Source of the DNA: Paragordius varius
Lineage: Eukaryota; Animalia; Nematomorpha
Direction: 5' to 3'
Assembly: GCA_964247055.1 (NCBI GenBank)
Contig: OZ176056.1
Coordinates: forward strand, 620,001-684,000
Length of the DNA: 64,000 nucleotides
Shown piece by piece: positions 27,801 to 40,350 of this stretch. The notes beneath the pieces were generated by a model, which was given only the letters and a program-made list of their open reading frames with translations, was not told the DNA's origin and ran no database searches. Each line of letters begins with the position of its first letter. The stretch's first letter is position 1. The position numbers and the translations under genes are program-made.

Positions 27801-30800
27801 CAACGATACTTTAAAAATTAATGTATAAAACTAGTCGCATCAATACTCAAGTTAAACTTTGTCCTTAAAAATCAGATATTGGTCACCGGTGAAAAATTAT
27901 TTTTTATACATTTTCTTAGTAGGACTACATCAAAATATAGAGATAGTTTGACAAACTATTTCATATCCGATTTTTACAACGATACCTTAAAAATTAATGT
28001 ATAAAACTAGTCGCATCAATACTCAATTTAAACTTTGTCCTTAAAAATCGGATATTGGTCGCCGGTAAAGAAAATTATTTTTTTACATTCTCTTAGTAGG
28101 ACTACATCAAAATATAGAGATAGTTTGACAAACTCTTTCATATCCGATTTTTACAACGATACTTTAAAAATTAATGTTTAAAAGTAGTCGCATCAATACT
28201 CAAGTTAAACTTTGTCCTTAAAAATCGGATATTGGTCACCGGTTAACAAAACTATTTTTTATACACTCTCTTAGTAGGACTACATCAAAATATAGAGATA
28301 GTTTGACAAACTCTTTCATATCCGATTTTTACAGCGATACTTTAAAAATTAATGTATAAAACTAGTCGCATCAATACTCAAGTTAAAATTTGTCCTTAAA
28401 AATCGGATATTGGTCACAGGTAAACAAAATTATTTTTTATACATTATCTTAGTAGGACTACATCAAAATATAGAGATAGTTTGACAAACTCTTTCATATC
28501 CGATTTTTACAGCGATACTTTAAAAATTAATGTATAAAACTAGTCGCATCAATACTCAAGTTAAACTTTGTCCTTAAAAATCGGATATTGGTCACAGGTA
28601 AACAAAATTATTTTTTATACATTCTCTTAGTAGGACTACATCAAAATATAGAGATAGTTTGACAAACTCTTTCATATCCGATTTTTACAGCGATACTTTA
28701 AAAATTAATGTATAAAACTAGTCGCATCAATACTCAAGTTAAACTTTTTCCTTAAAAATCGGATATTGGTCACAGGTGAACAAAATTATTTTTTATACAT
28801 TCTCTTGGACTACATCAAAATATAGAGATAGTTTGACAAACTCTTTCATATCCGATTTTTACAACGATACTTTAAAAATTAATAAAACTAGTCGCATCAA
28901 TAGTCAAGTTAAACTTTGTCCTTAAAAATCGGATATTGGTCACCCGTGAACAAAATTATTTTTTATACATTCTCTTAGTAAGACTACATCAAAATATAGA
29001 GATAGTTTGACAAACTCTTTCATAATTTTTACAACGAATCTTTAAAAATTAATGTATAAAACTAGTCGCATCAATACTCAATTTAAACTTTATCCTTAAC
29101 AATCGGATATTGGTCGCCGGTGAACAAAATTTTTTTTATACATTCTCTTAGTAGGACTACATCAAAATATAGAGATAGTTTGACAAACTCTTTCATATCC
29201 GATTTTTACAGCGATACTTTAAAAATTAATGTATAAAACTAGTCGCATCAATACTCAAGTTAAACTTTGTCCTTAAAAATCGGATATTGGTCACAGGTAA
29301 ACAAAATTATTTTTTATACATTCTCTTAGTAGGACTACATCAAAATATAGAGATAGTTTGACAAACTCTTTCATATCCGATTTTTACAGCGATACTTTAA
29401 AAATTAATAAAACTAGTCGCATCAATAGTCAAGTTATACTTTGTCCTTAAAAATCGGATATTGGTCACCCGTGAACAAAATTATTTTTTATACATTCTCT
29501 TAGTAAGACTACATCAAAATATAGAGATAGTTTGACAAACTCTTTCATATCCGATTTTTACAACGATACTTTAAAAATTAATGTATAAAACTAGTCGCAT
29601 CAATACTCAATTTAAACTTTGTCCTTAAAAATCGGATATTGGTCGCCGGTAAAGAAAATTATTTTTTTACATTCTCTTAGTAGGACTACATCAAAATATA
29701 GAGATAGTTTGACAAACTCTTTCATATCCGATTTTTACAACGATACTTTAAAAATTAATGTATAAAAGTAGTCGCATCAATACTCAAGTTAAACTTTGTC
29801 CTTATAAATCGGATATTTATCACCGGTTAACAAAACTATTTTTTATACACTCTCTTAGTAGGACTACATCAAAATATAGAGATAGTTTGACAAACTCTTT
29901 CATATCCGATTTTTACAGCGATACTTTAAAAATTAATGTATAAAACTAGTCGCATCAATACTCAAGTTAAACTTTGTCCTTAAAAATCGGATATTGGTCA
30001 CAGGTAAACAAAATTATTTTTTATACATTCTCTTAGTAGGACTACATCAAAATATAGAGATAGTTTGACAAACTCTTTCATATCCGATTTTTACAGCGAT
30101 ACTTTAAAAATTAATGTATAAAACTAGTCGCATCAATACTCAAGTTAAACTTTTTCCTTAAAAATCGGATATTGGTCACAGGTGAACAAAATTATTTTTT
30201 ATACATTCTCTTGGACTACATCAAAATATAGAGATAGTTTGACAAACTCTTTCATATCCGATTTTTACAACGATACTTTAAAAATTAATAAAACTAGTCG
30301 CATCAATAGTCAAGTTAAACTTTGTCCTTAAAAATCGGATATTGGTCACCCGTGAACAAAATTATTTTTTATACATTCTCTTAGTAAGACTACATCAAAA
30401 TATAGAGATAGTTTGACAAACTCTTTCATAATTTTTACAACGAATCTTTAAAAATTAATGTATAAAACTAGTCGCATCAATACTCAATTTAAACTTTATC
30501 CTTAACAATCGGATATTGGTCACCGGTGAACAAAATTTTTTTTATACATTCTCTTAGTAGGACTACATCAAAATATAGAGATAGTTTGACAAACTCTTTC
30601 ATATCCGATTTTTACAGCGATACTTTAAAAATTAATGTATAAGACTAGTCGCATCAATACTCAAGTTAAACTTTGTCCTTAAAAATCGGATATTGGTCAC
30701 AGGTAAACAAAATTATTTTTTATACATTCTCTTAGTAGGACTACATCAAAATATAGAGATAGTTTGACAAACTCTTTCATATCCGATTTTTACAGCGATA

Positions 30801-33800
30801 CTTTAAAAATTAATAAAACTAGTCGCATCAATAGTCAAGTTAAACTTTGTCCTTAAAAATCGGATATTGGTCACCCGTGAACAAAATTATTTTTTATACA
30901 TTCTCTTAGTAAGACTACATCAAAATATAGAGATAGTTTGACAAACTCTTTCATATCCGATTTTTACAACGATACTTTAAAAATTAATGTATAAAACTAG
31001 TCGCATCAATACTCAATTTAAACTTTGTCCTTAAAAATCGGATATTGGTCGCCGGTAAAGAAAATTATTTTTTTACATTCTCTTAGTAGGACTACATCAA
31101 AATATAGAGATAGTTTGACAAACTCTTTCATATCCGATTTTTACAACGATACTTTAAAAATTAATGTATAAAAGTAGTCGCATCAATACTCAAGTTAAAC
31201 TTTGTCCTTATAAATCGGATATTTATCACCGGTTAACAAAACTATTTTTTATACACTCTCTTAGTAGGACTACATCAAAATATAGAGATAGTTTGACAAA
31301 CTCTTTCATATCCGATTTTTACAGCGATACTTTAAAAATTAATGTATAAAACTAGTTGCATCAATACTCAAGTTAAACTTTGTCCTTAAAAATCGGATAT
31401 TGGTCACAGGTAAACAAAATTATTTTTATACATTATCTTAGTAGGACTACATCAAAATATAGAGATAGTTTGACAAACTCTTTCATATCCGATTTTTACA
31501 GCGATACTTTAAAAATTAATGTATAAAACTAGTCGCATCAATACTCAAGTTAAACTTTGTCCTTAAAAATCGGATATTGGTCACAGGTAAACAAAATTAT
31601 TTTTTATACATTCTCTTAGTAGGACTACATCAAAATATAGAGATAGTTTGACAAACTCTTTCATATCCGATTTTTACAGCGATACTTTAAAAATTAATGT
31701 ATAAAACTAGTCGCATCAATACTCAAGTTAAACTTTGTCCTTAAAAATCGGATATTGGTCACAGTTGAACAAAATTATTTTTTATACATTCTCTTGGACT
31801 ACATCAAAATATAGAGATAGTTTGACAAACTCTTTCATATCCGATTTTTACAACGATACTTTAAAAATTAATAAAACTAGTCGCATCAATAGTCAAGTTA
31901 AACTTTGTCCTTAAAAATCGGATATTGGTCACCCGTGAACAAAATTATTTTTTATACATTCTCTTAGTAAGACTACATCAAAATATAGAGATAGTTTGAC
32001 AAACTCTTTCATATCCGATTTTTACAACGATACTTTAAAAATTAATGTATAAAACTAGTCGCATCAATACTCAAGTTAAACTTTGTCCTTAAAAATCAGA
32101 TATTGGTCACCGGTGAAAAATTATTTTTTATACATTTTCTTAGTAGGACTACATCAAAATATAGAGATAGTTTGACAAACTATTTCATATCCGATTTTTA
32201 CAACGATACCTTAAAAATTAATGTATAAAACTAGTCGCATCAATACTCAATTTAAACTTTGTCCTTAAAAATCGGATATTGGTCGCCGGTAAAGAAAATT
32301 ATTTTTTTACATTCTCTTAGTAGGACTACATCAAAATATAGAGATAGTTTGACAAACTCTTTCATATCCGATTTTTACAACGATACTTTAAAAATTAATG
32401 TATAAAAGTAGTCGCATCAATACTCAAGTTAAACTTTGTCCTTAAAAATCGGATATTGGTCACCGGTTAACAAAACTATTTTTTATACACTCTCTTAGTA
32501 GGACTACATCAAAATATAGAGATAGTTTGACAAACTCTTTCATATCCGATTTTTACAGCGATACTTTAAAAAATAATGTATAAAACTAGTCGCATCAATA
32601 CTCAAGTTAAACTTTGTCCTTAAAAATCGGATATTGGTCACAGGTAAACAAAATTATTTTTTATACATTATCTTAGTAGGACTACATCAAAATATAGAGA
32701 TAGTTTGACAAACTCTTTCATATCCGATTTTTACAGCGATACTTTAAAAATTAATGTATAAAACTAGTCGCATCAATACTCAAGTTAAACTTTGTCCTTA
32801 AAAATCGGATATTGGTCACAGGTAAACAAAATTATTTTTTATACATTCTCTTAGTAGGACTACATCAAAATATAGAGATAGTTTGACAAACTCTTTCATA
32901 TCCGATTTTTACAGCGATACTTTAAAAATTAATGTATAAAACTAGTCGCATCAATACTCAAGTTAAACTTTTTCCTTAAAAATCGGATATTGGTCACAGG
33001 TGAACAAAATTATTTTTTATACATTCTCTTGGACTACATCAAAATATAGAGATAGTTTGACAAACTCTTTCATATCCGATTTTTACAACGATACTTTAAA
33101 AATTAATAAAACTAGTCGCATCAATAGTCAAGTTAAACTTTGTCCTTAAAAATCGGATATTGGTCACCCGTGAACAAAATTATTTTTTATACATTCTCTT
33201 AGTAAGACTACATCAAAATATAGAGATAGTTTGACAAACTCTTTCATATCCGATTTTTACAACGATACCTTAAAAATTAATGTATAAAACTAGTCGCATC
33301 AATACTCAATTTAAACTTTGTCCTTAAAAATCGTATATTGGTCGCCGGTAAAGAAAATTATTTAATATACATTCTCTTAGTAAGACTACATCAAAATATA
33401 GAGATAGTTTGACAAACTCTTTCATAATTTTTACAACGAATCTTTAAAAATTAATGTATAAAACTAGTCGCATCAATACTCAATTTAAACTTTGTCCTTA
33501 ACAATCGGATATTGGTCGCCGGTAAAGAAAATTATTTAATATACATTCTCTTAGTAAGACTACATCAAAATATAGAGATAGTTTGACAAACTCTTTCATA
33601 TCCGATTTTTACAGCGATACTTTAAAAATTAATGTATAAAACTAGTCGCATCAATACTCAATTTAAACTTTGTCCTTAACAATCGGATATTGGTCGCCGG
33701 TAAAGAAAATTATTTAATATACATTCTCTTAGTAAGACTACATCAAAATATAGAGATAGTTTGACAAACTCTTTCATATCCGATTTTTACAGCGATACTT

Positions 33801-36800
33801 TAAAAATTAATGTATAAAACTAGTCGCATCAATACTCAATTTAAACTTTGTCCTTAAAAATCGTATATTGGTCGCCGGTAAAGAAAATTATTTAATATAC
33901 ATTCTCTTAGTAAGACTACATCAAAATATAGAGATAGTTTGACAAACTCTTTCATAATTTTTACAACGAATCTTTAAAAATTAATGTATAAAACTAGTCG
34001 CATCAATACTCAATTTAAACTTTGTCCTTAACAATCGGATATTGGTCGCCGGTAAAGAAAATTATTTAAAATACATTCTCTTAGTAAGACTACATCAAAA
34101 TATAGAGATAGTTTGACAAACTCTTTCATATCCGATTTTTACAACGATACTTTAAAAATTAAAAACTAGTCGCATCAATAGTCAAGTTAAACTTTGTCCT
34201 TAAAAATCAGATATTGGTCACTGGTGAAAAATTATTTTTTATTTTCTTAGTAGGACTACATCAAAATATAGAGATAGTTTGACAAACTATTTCATATCCG
34301 ATTTTTACAACGATACCTTAAAAATTAATGTATAAAACTAGTCGCATCAATACTCAATTTAAACTTTGTCCTTAAAAATCGGATATTGGTCGCCTGTAAA
34401 GAAAATTATTTAATATACATTCTCTTAGTAAGACTACATCAAAATATAGAGATAGTTTGACAAACTCTTTCATAATTTTTAAAACGAATCTTTAAAAATT
34501 AATGTATAAAACTAGTCGCATCAATACTCAATTTAAACTTTGTCCTTAACAATCGGATATTGGTCACCGGTGAACAAAATTTTTTTTATACATTCTCTTA
34601 GTAGGACTACATCAAAATATAGAGATAGTTTGACAAACTCTTTCATATCCGATTTTAACAGCGATACTTTAAAAATTAATGTATAAAACTAGTCGCATCA
34701 ATACTCAAGTTAAACTTTGTCCTTAAAAATCGGATATTGGTCACAGGTAAACAAAATTATTTTTTATACATTCTCTTAGTAGGACTACATCAAAATATAG
34801 AGATAGTTTGACAAACTCTTTCATATCCGATTTTTACAGCGATACTTTAAAAATTAATGTATAAAACTAGTCGCATCAATCCTCAAGTTAAACTTTGTCC
34901 TTAAAAATCGGATATTGGTCACAGGTAAACAAAATTATTTTTTATACATTATCTTAGTAGGACTACATCAAAATATAGAGATAGTTTGACAAACTCTTTC
35001 ATATCCGATTTTTACAGCGATACTTTAAAAATTAATGTATAAAACTAGTCGCATCAATACTCAAGTTAAACTTTGTCCTTAAAAATCAGATATTGGTCAC
35101 CGGTGAAAAATTATTTTTTATACATTTTCTTAGTAGGACTACATCAAAATATAGAGATAGTTTGACAAACTATTTCATATCCGATTTTTACAACGATACC
35201 TTAAAAATTAATGTATAGAACTAGTCGCATCAATACTCAATTTAAACTTTGTCCTTAAAAATCAGATATTGGTCACCGGTGAAAAATTATTTTTTATACA
35301 TTTTCTTAGTAGGACTACATCAAAATATAGAGATAGTTTGACAAACTATTTCATATCCGATTTTTACAACGATACCTTAAAAATTAATGTATAGAACTAG
35401 TCGCATCAATACTCAATTTAAACTTTGTCCTTAAAAATCGGATATTGGTCGCCGGTAAAGAAAATTATTTTTTTACATTCTCTTAGTAGGACTACATCAA
35501 AATATAGAGATAGTTTGACAAACTCTTTCATATCCGATTTTTACAACGATACTTTAAAAATTAATGTATAAAAGTAGTCGCATCAATACTCAAGTTAAAC
35601 TTTGTCCTTAAAAATCGGATATTTATCACCGGTTAACAAAACTATTTTTTATACACTCTCTTAGTAGGACTACATCAAAATATAGAGATAGTTTGACAAA
35701 CTCTTTCATATCCGATTTTTACAGCGATATTTTAAAAATTAATGTATAAAACTAGTTGCATCAATACTCAAGTTAAACTTTGTCCTTAAAAATCGGATAT
35801 TGGTCACAGGTAAACAAAATTATTTTTATACATTATCTTAGTAGGACTACATCAAAATATAGAGACAGTTTGACAAACTCTTTCATATCCGATTTTTACA
35901 GCGATACTTTAAAAATTAATGTATAAAACTAGTCGCATCAATACTCAAGTTAAACTTTGTCCTTAAAAATCGGATATTGGTCACAGGTAAACAAAATTAT
36001 TTTTTATACATTCTCTTAGTAGGACTACATCAAAATATAGAGATAGTTTGACAAACTCTTTCATATCCGATTTTTACAGCGATACTTTAAAAATTAATGT
36101 ATAAAACTAGTCGCATCAATACTCAAGTTAAACTTTGTCCTTAAAAATCGGATATTGGTCACAGGTGAACAAAATTATTTTTTATACATTCTCTTGGACT
36201 ACATCAAAATATAGAGATAGTTTGACAAACTCTTTCATATCCGATTTTTACAACGATACTTTAAAAATTAATAAAACTAGTCGCATCAATAGTCAAGTTA
36301 AACTTTGTCCTTAAAAATCTGATATTGGTCACCCGTGAACAAAATTATTTTTTATACATTCTCTTAGTAAGACTACATCAAAATATAGAGATAGTTTGAC
36401 AAACTCTTTCATATCCGATTTTTACAACGATACTTTAAAAATTAATGTATAAAACTAGTCGCATCAATACTCAAGTTAAACTTTGTCCTTAAAAATCAGA
36501 TATTGGTCACCGGTGAAAAATTATTTTTTATACATTTTCTTAGTAGGACTACATCAAAATATAGAGATAGTTTGACAAACTATTTCATATCCGATTTTTA
36601 CAACGATACCTTAAAAATTAATGTATAAAACTAGTCGCATCAATACTCAATTTAAACTTTGTCCTTAAAAATCGGATATTGGTCGCCGGTAAAGAAAATT
36701 ATTTTTTTACATTCTCTTAGTAGGACTACATCAAAATATAGAGATAGTTTGACAAACTCTTTCATATCCGATTTTTACAACGATACTTTAAAAATTAATG

Positions 36801-38351
36801 TATAAAAGTAGTCGCATCAATACTCAAGTTAAACTTTGTCCTTAAAAATCGGATATTGGTCACCGGTTAACAAAACTATTTTTTATACACTCTCTTAGTA
36901 GGACTACATCAAAATATAGAGATAGTTTGACAAACTCTTTCATATCCGATTTTTACAGCGATACTTTAAAAAATAATGTATAAAACTAGTCGCATCAATA
37001 CTCAAGTTAAACTTTGTCCTTAAAAATCGGATATTGGTCACAGGTAAACAAAATTATTTTTTATACATTATCTTAGTAGGACTACATCAAAATATAGAGA
37101 TAGTTTGACAAACTCTTTCATATCCGATTTTTACAGCGATACTTTAAAAATTAATGTATAAAACTAGTCGCATCAATACTCAAGTTAAACTTTGTCCTTA
37201 AAAATCGGATATTAGTCACAGGTGAACAAAATTAATTTTTATACATTCTCTTGGACTACATCAAAATATAGAGATAGTTTGACAAACTCTTTCATATCCG
37301 ATTTTTACAACGATACTTTAAAAATTAATAAAACTAGTCGCATCAATAGTCAAGTTAAACTTTGTCCTTAAAAATCGGATATTGGTCACCCGTAAACAAA
37401 ATTATTTTTTATACATTCTCTTAGTAAGACTACATCAAAATATAGAGATAGTTTGACAAACTCTTTCATATCCGATTTTTACAACGATACTTTAAAAATT
37501 AATGTATAAAACTAGTCGCATCAATACTCAAGTTAAACTTTGTCCTTAAAAATCGGATATTGGTCACAGGTAAACAAAATTATTTTTTATACATTCTCTT
37601 AGTAGGACTACATCAAAATATAGAGATAGTTTGACAAACTCTTTCATATCCGATTTTTACAACGATACTTTAAAAATTAATAAAACTAGTCGCATCAATA
37701 GTCAAGTTAAACTTTGTCCTTAAAAATCAGATATTGGTCACCGGTGAAAAATTATTTTTTATACATTTTCTTAGTAGGACTACATCAAAATATAGAGATA
37801 GTTTGACAAACTATTTCATATCCGATTTTTACAACGATACCTTAAAAATTAATGTATAAAACTAGTCGCATCAATACTCAATTTAAACTTTGTCCTTAAA
37901 AATCGGATATTGGTCGCCGGTAAAGAAAATTATTTAATATACATTCTCTTAGTAAGACTACATCAAAATATAGAGATAGTTTGACAAACTCTTTCATAAT
38001 TTTTACAACGAATTTTTAAAAATTAATGTATAAAACTAGTCGCATCAATACTCAATTTAAACTTTGTCCTTAACAATCGGATATTGGTCACCGGTGAACA
38101 AAACTATTTTTTATACACTCTCTTAGTAGGACTACATCAAAATATAGAGATAGTTTGACAACATATCCGATTTTTACAGCGATACTTTAAAAATTAATGT
38201 ATAAAACTAGTCGCATCAATACTCAAGTTAAACTTTGTCCTTAAAAATCGGATATTGGTCACAGGTAAACAGAATTTTTTATACATTCTCTTAGTAGGAC
38301 TACATCAAAATATAGAGATAGTTTGACAAACTCTTTCATATCCGATTTTTA

Positions 38352-38363
38352 CAGCGATACTTT
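38352..38363 (+). repeat. Target-site duplication, copy at the element 3' end (CAGCGATACTTT)
   Basis: Identical 12-mer at 41672-41683. Satellite phase is continuous across the insertion: ...TTTTTA CAGCGATACTTT [element] CAGCGATACTTT AAAAATTAAT. Confidence 0.97.
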
Positions 38364-38377
38364 GGTTGGTTGGTTGG
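38362..38377 (-). repeat. (CCAA)4 microsatellite 3' tail of the LINE
   Basis: The plus strand reads (TTGG)4 directly at the TSD junction. Short tandem-repeat tails instead of poly(A) are characteristic of RTE-clade elements. Confidence 0.93.
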
Positions 38378-38383
38378 TTTTTC

Positions 38384-40345
38384 CTAAGTCGTAAACGACT
38401 TTTTGGATATAGTTTTAACTATTTCTTTCCATTTTTTTCTATCTTTAACCGCTATATTGAGCTCTTTCAGTGTCATTTTGGTCTCTTCTTTTATCATATC
38501 CAACCACCTCATCGGTGGTCGGCCTCGTTTCCTTTGCCCTTCTACCTTCCCAAACATTGTATCTTTCTCCAGAGAGTTCGATCGCATGACATGACCAAAA
38601 TATGTTAACTTTCTTTTTAGAATTATCTCCATGATGTTTGTTTTAGGTTTTATTTCTGTAGTTAGACTTTCATTCTTAATTTTATCCTTCCAGGTGTATC
38701 CTAGCATCCTACGCCAGCAGCTCCTTTCAAAAGCCATGAGCCTTTCTTTGTCCCTTTTTCTGAGAGTCCAACTCTCACATCCATATGTGGTGACCGGGAG
38801 AACGAAACAGTAGAGTAATCTTTTTTTGGTTTCAACTCCTACGCTTTTGTTTTTCCAAATCTTTATTAATTTGGTCATCGCTTCTCTACCCAATCCTATT
38901 CTCTTTCTGATGTCAGGAGTTGAAGACCCATCCTCTGAAATTATTGCGCCCAAAAACGTTAACTGTTTAACTATTTCTATTTCTACTCCTTCTATTATAA
39001 TTGTAGGCTTTTTTCCTGTACATAATATTTTGGTTTTGTTAGGATTAAGCCTAAGACCATACCTCAAACTTTCCTTTCGAATCTCTTCAATCAATTCCTT
39101 CAAATCATTTGCACTTTCAGCTATAAGAGTGGTATCGTCTGCAAACCTTAAATTATTGATTGTTCTCCCTCCTATTCTTACTCCTATATTTTTACCATCC
39201 AACTTCCTCATTATCATTTCTGTGCACATATTGAACAGATAAGGGGATAAGCAACACCCTTGTCTGACTCCTTTCAAGATTGGTATTTCGTCTGTGTCCC
39301 CCGCTGGTGTTCTAATAATCGCTCTTTGTTTTACATACAGAGAGCTAATCAATCTTATTAAGTGAGACGATACCCCTACTAACTTTAATGTTTCCCACAA
39401 GGAGTCATAGTTAATTGAATCGAATGCTTGTCTGTAATCAATAAAACACATGTATAAATCTTTCTGGAACTCTTTTGATGTTTCCATTATCCTTCTCATG
39501 TTTGAGATATGGTCTCTTGTGCTTTTTCCCTTCATAAATCCAGCTTGATTTTCTGGTATTTCTGTCTGTATGATACTGTGCATTCTGTTTTGTATTACTT
39601 TTAGTAAGACCTTACTAGCGTGGCTAATAAGAGATATGTTCCGATAATTCTCGCATTGGAGTACATCTCCTTTTTTATATATTGGGAGATATACAGATGA
39701 TGCCCAATCGTTTGGCCACTCACATGTTTCCCACACCTTTTGACATAGCTGGTGTAACTTTTCAACGGGAATAGCTTTTATGAACTCTATTGGGATATTG
39801 TCTAATCCCGTCGCTTTGTTGTTAGGAATTTGTTTTAAGGCTAATTCAACCTCCTCTCTTAATATATCTGGATCACGTTCTTCTTCTTTTAATTGCAACA
39901 CCTTTGTTTGAGGAGCCTGATAGAGTTTTTGGGTGTATTCCTTCCATCTTTCTCGTACTTCTGTTTGTTTGCACAATATGGTGCCATTCTCTTTTTTAAT
40001 CTTTTGTGATGATATAAAAGGTTTATGAGTCATTTGCTTCAGTTTCTGGAACATTGGTTGCATTAATCCTTTTTTGTTATTTAATTCCACTTCCAGACAT
40101 TGTTTATTAAGAAAATCTTCGTAATCCTTCCTTGTTTGTCGTTGAAATTCTTTGTTATATAATTTTACCATTTTATTATCACCTCTTGATTTAGCTTTTC
40201 TCCTCTTTTCTGCTATCTCTATACTCTTTTCTGATATCCATTTGTTATCTTTCCTCTTTACTCTCTGCACTTTTTCTTTTGCCACTTCATTAACAACATT
40301 TTTTATCGTTCCCCATAATTGTTCTGAGCTACATCCATTGTCCAA
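38384..40345 (-). CDS. Reverse transcriptase portion of the RTE ORF (653 aa as called; downstream half of a frameshifted EN-RT ORF)
   Basis: Non-LTR RT motifs: KATGLDNIP, PIYKKGD, CENYRNISLISHASKVL, NQAGF, FIDYRQAFDSI, GVRQGCCLSPYLFN, LRFADD (39134-39145), LNPNKTK, FLGAII. The called start is TTG, not a real initiator. The frame is open from 40372. Confidence 0.93.
   Translation of the reverse strand: MDNGCSSEQLWGTIKNVVNEVAKEKVQRVKRKDNKWISEKSIEIAEKRRKAKSRGDNKMVKLYNKEFQRQTRKDYEDFLNKQCLEVELNNKKGLMQPMFQKLKQMTHKPFISSQKIKKENGTILCKQTEVRERWKEYTQKLYQAPQTKVLQLKEEERDPDILREEVELALKQIPNNKATGLDNIPIEFIKAIPVEKLHQLCQKVWETCEWPNDWASSVYLPIYKKGDVLQCENYRNISLISHASKVLLKVIQNRMHSIIQTEIPENQAGFMKGKSTRDHISNMRRIMETSKEFQKDLYMCFIDYRQAFDSINYDSLWETLKLVGVSSHLIRLISSLYVKQRAIIRTPAGDTDEIPILKGVRQGCCLSPYLFNMCTEMIMRKLDGKNIGVRIGGRTINNLRFADDTTLIAESANDLKELIEEIRKESLRYGLRLNPNKTKILCTGKKPTIIIEGVEIEIVKQLTFLGAIISEDGSSTPDIRKRIGLGREAMTKLIKIWKNKSVGVETKKRLLYCFVLPVTTYGCESWTLRKRDKERLMAFERSCWRRMLGYTWKDKIKNESLTTEIKPKTNIMEIILKRKLTYFGHVMRSNSLEKDTMFGKVEGQRKRGRPPMRWLDMIKEETKMTLKELNIAVKDRKKWKEIVKTISKKSFTT
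38386..38401 (-). other. 3'-terminal RNA stem-loop AAGTCG-TTTA-CGACTT
   Basis: Perfect 6-bp stem and 4-nt loop overlapping the last codons. It resembles the AGTCG...CGACT 3' hairpin of BovB/RTE elements and their SINEs (from recall). Confidence 0.8.
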
Positions 40346-40350
40346 TCTTC

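Larger units (their letters stand above)
1..38363 (+). repeat. 178-bp AT-rich tandem satellite array, left arm (runs off the window start)
   Basis: The unit GAGATAGTTTGACAAACTCTTTCATATCCGATTTTTACAGCGATACTTTAAAAATTAATGTATAAAACTAGTCGCATCAATACTCAAGTTAAACTTTGTCCTTAAAAATCGGATATTGGTCACAGGTGAACAAAATTATTTTTTATACATTCTCTTAGTAGGACTACATCAAAATATA starts at 1, 179, 357, 535 (period 178). Monomer 1 has 48/178 G+C. Nucleosome-scale unit length plus HOR structure is typical of (peri)centromeric satellite, but centromere function is not shown by sequence. Confidence 0.99.

Noticed and set aside
25882-31349. Four 61-aa ORFs (MYKSSRINTQ...) in the ORF track
   Set aside because: Each is one satellite monomer in which point variants (CCTTATAAA, ATTTATC) happen to remove stop codons. 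They repeat only because the HOR repeats; no coding signal.
38362-38377. (TTGG)n as a telomeric repeat or chromosome-healing site
   Set aside because: Only four units, located inside the TSD pair at the LINE 3' end, with satellite continuing on both sides; it is the element tail.
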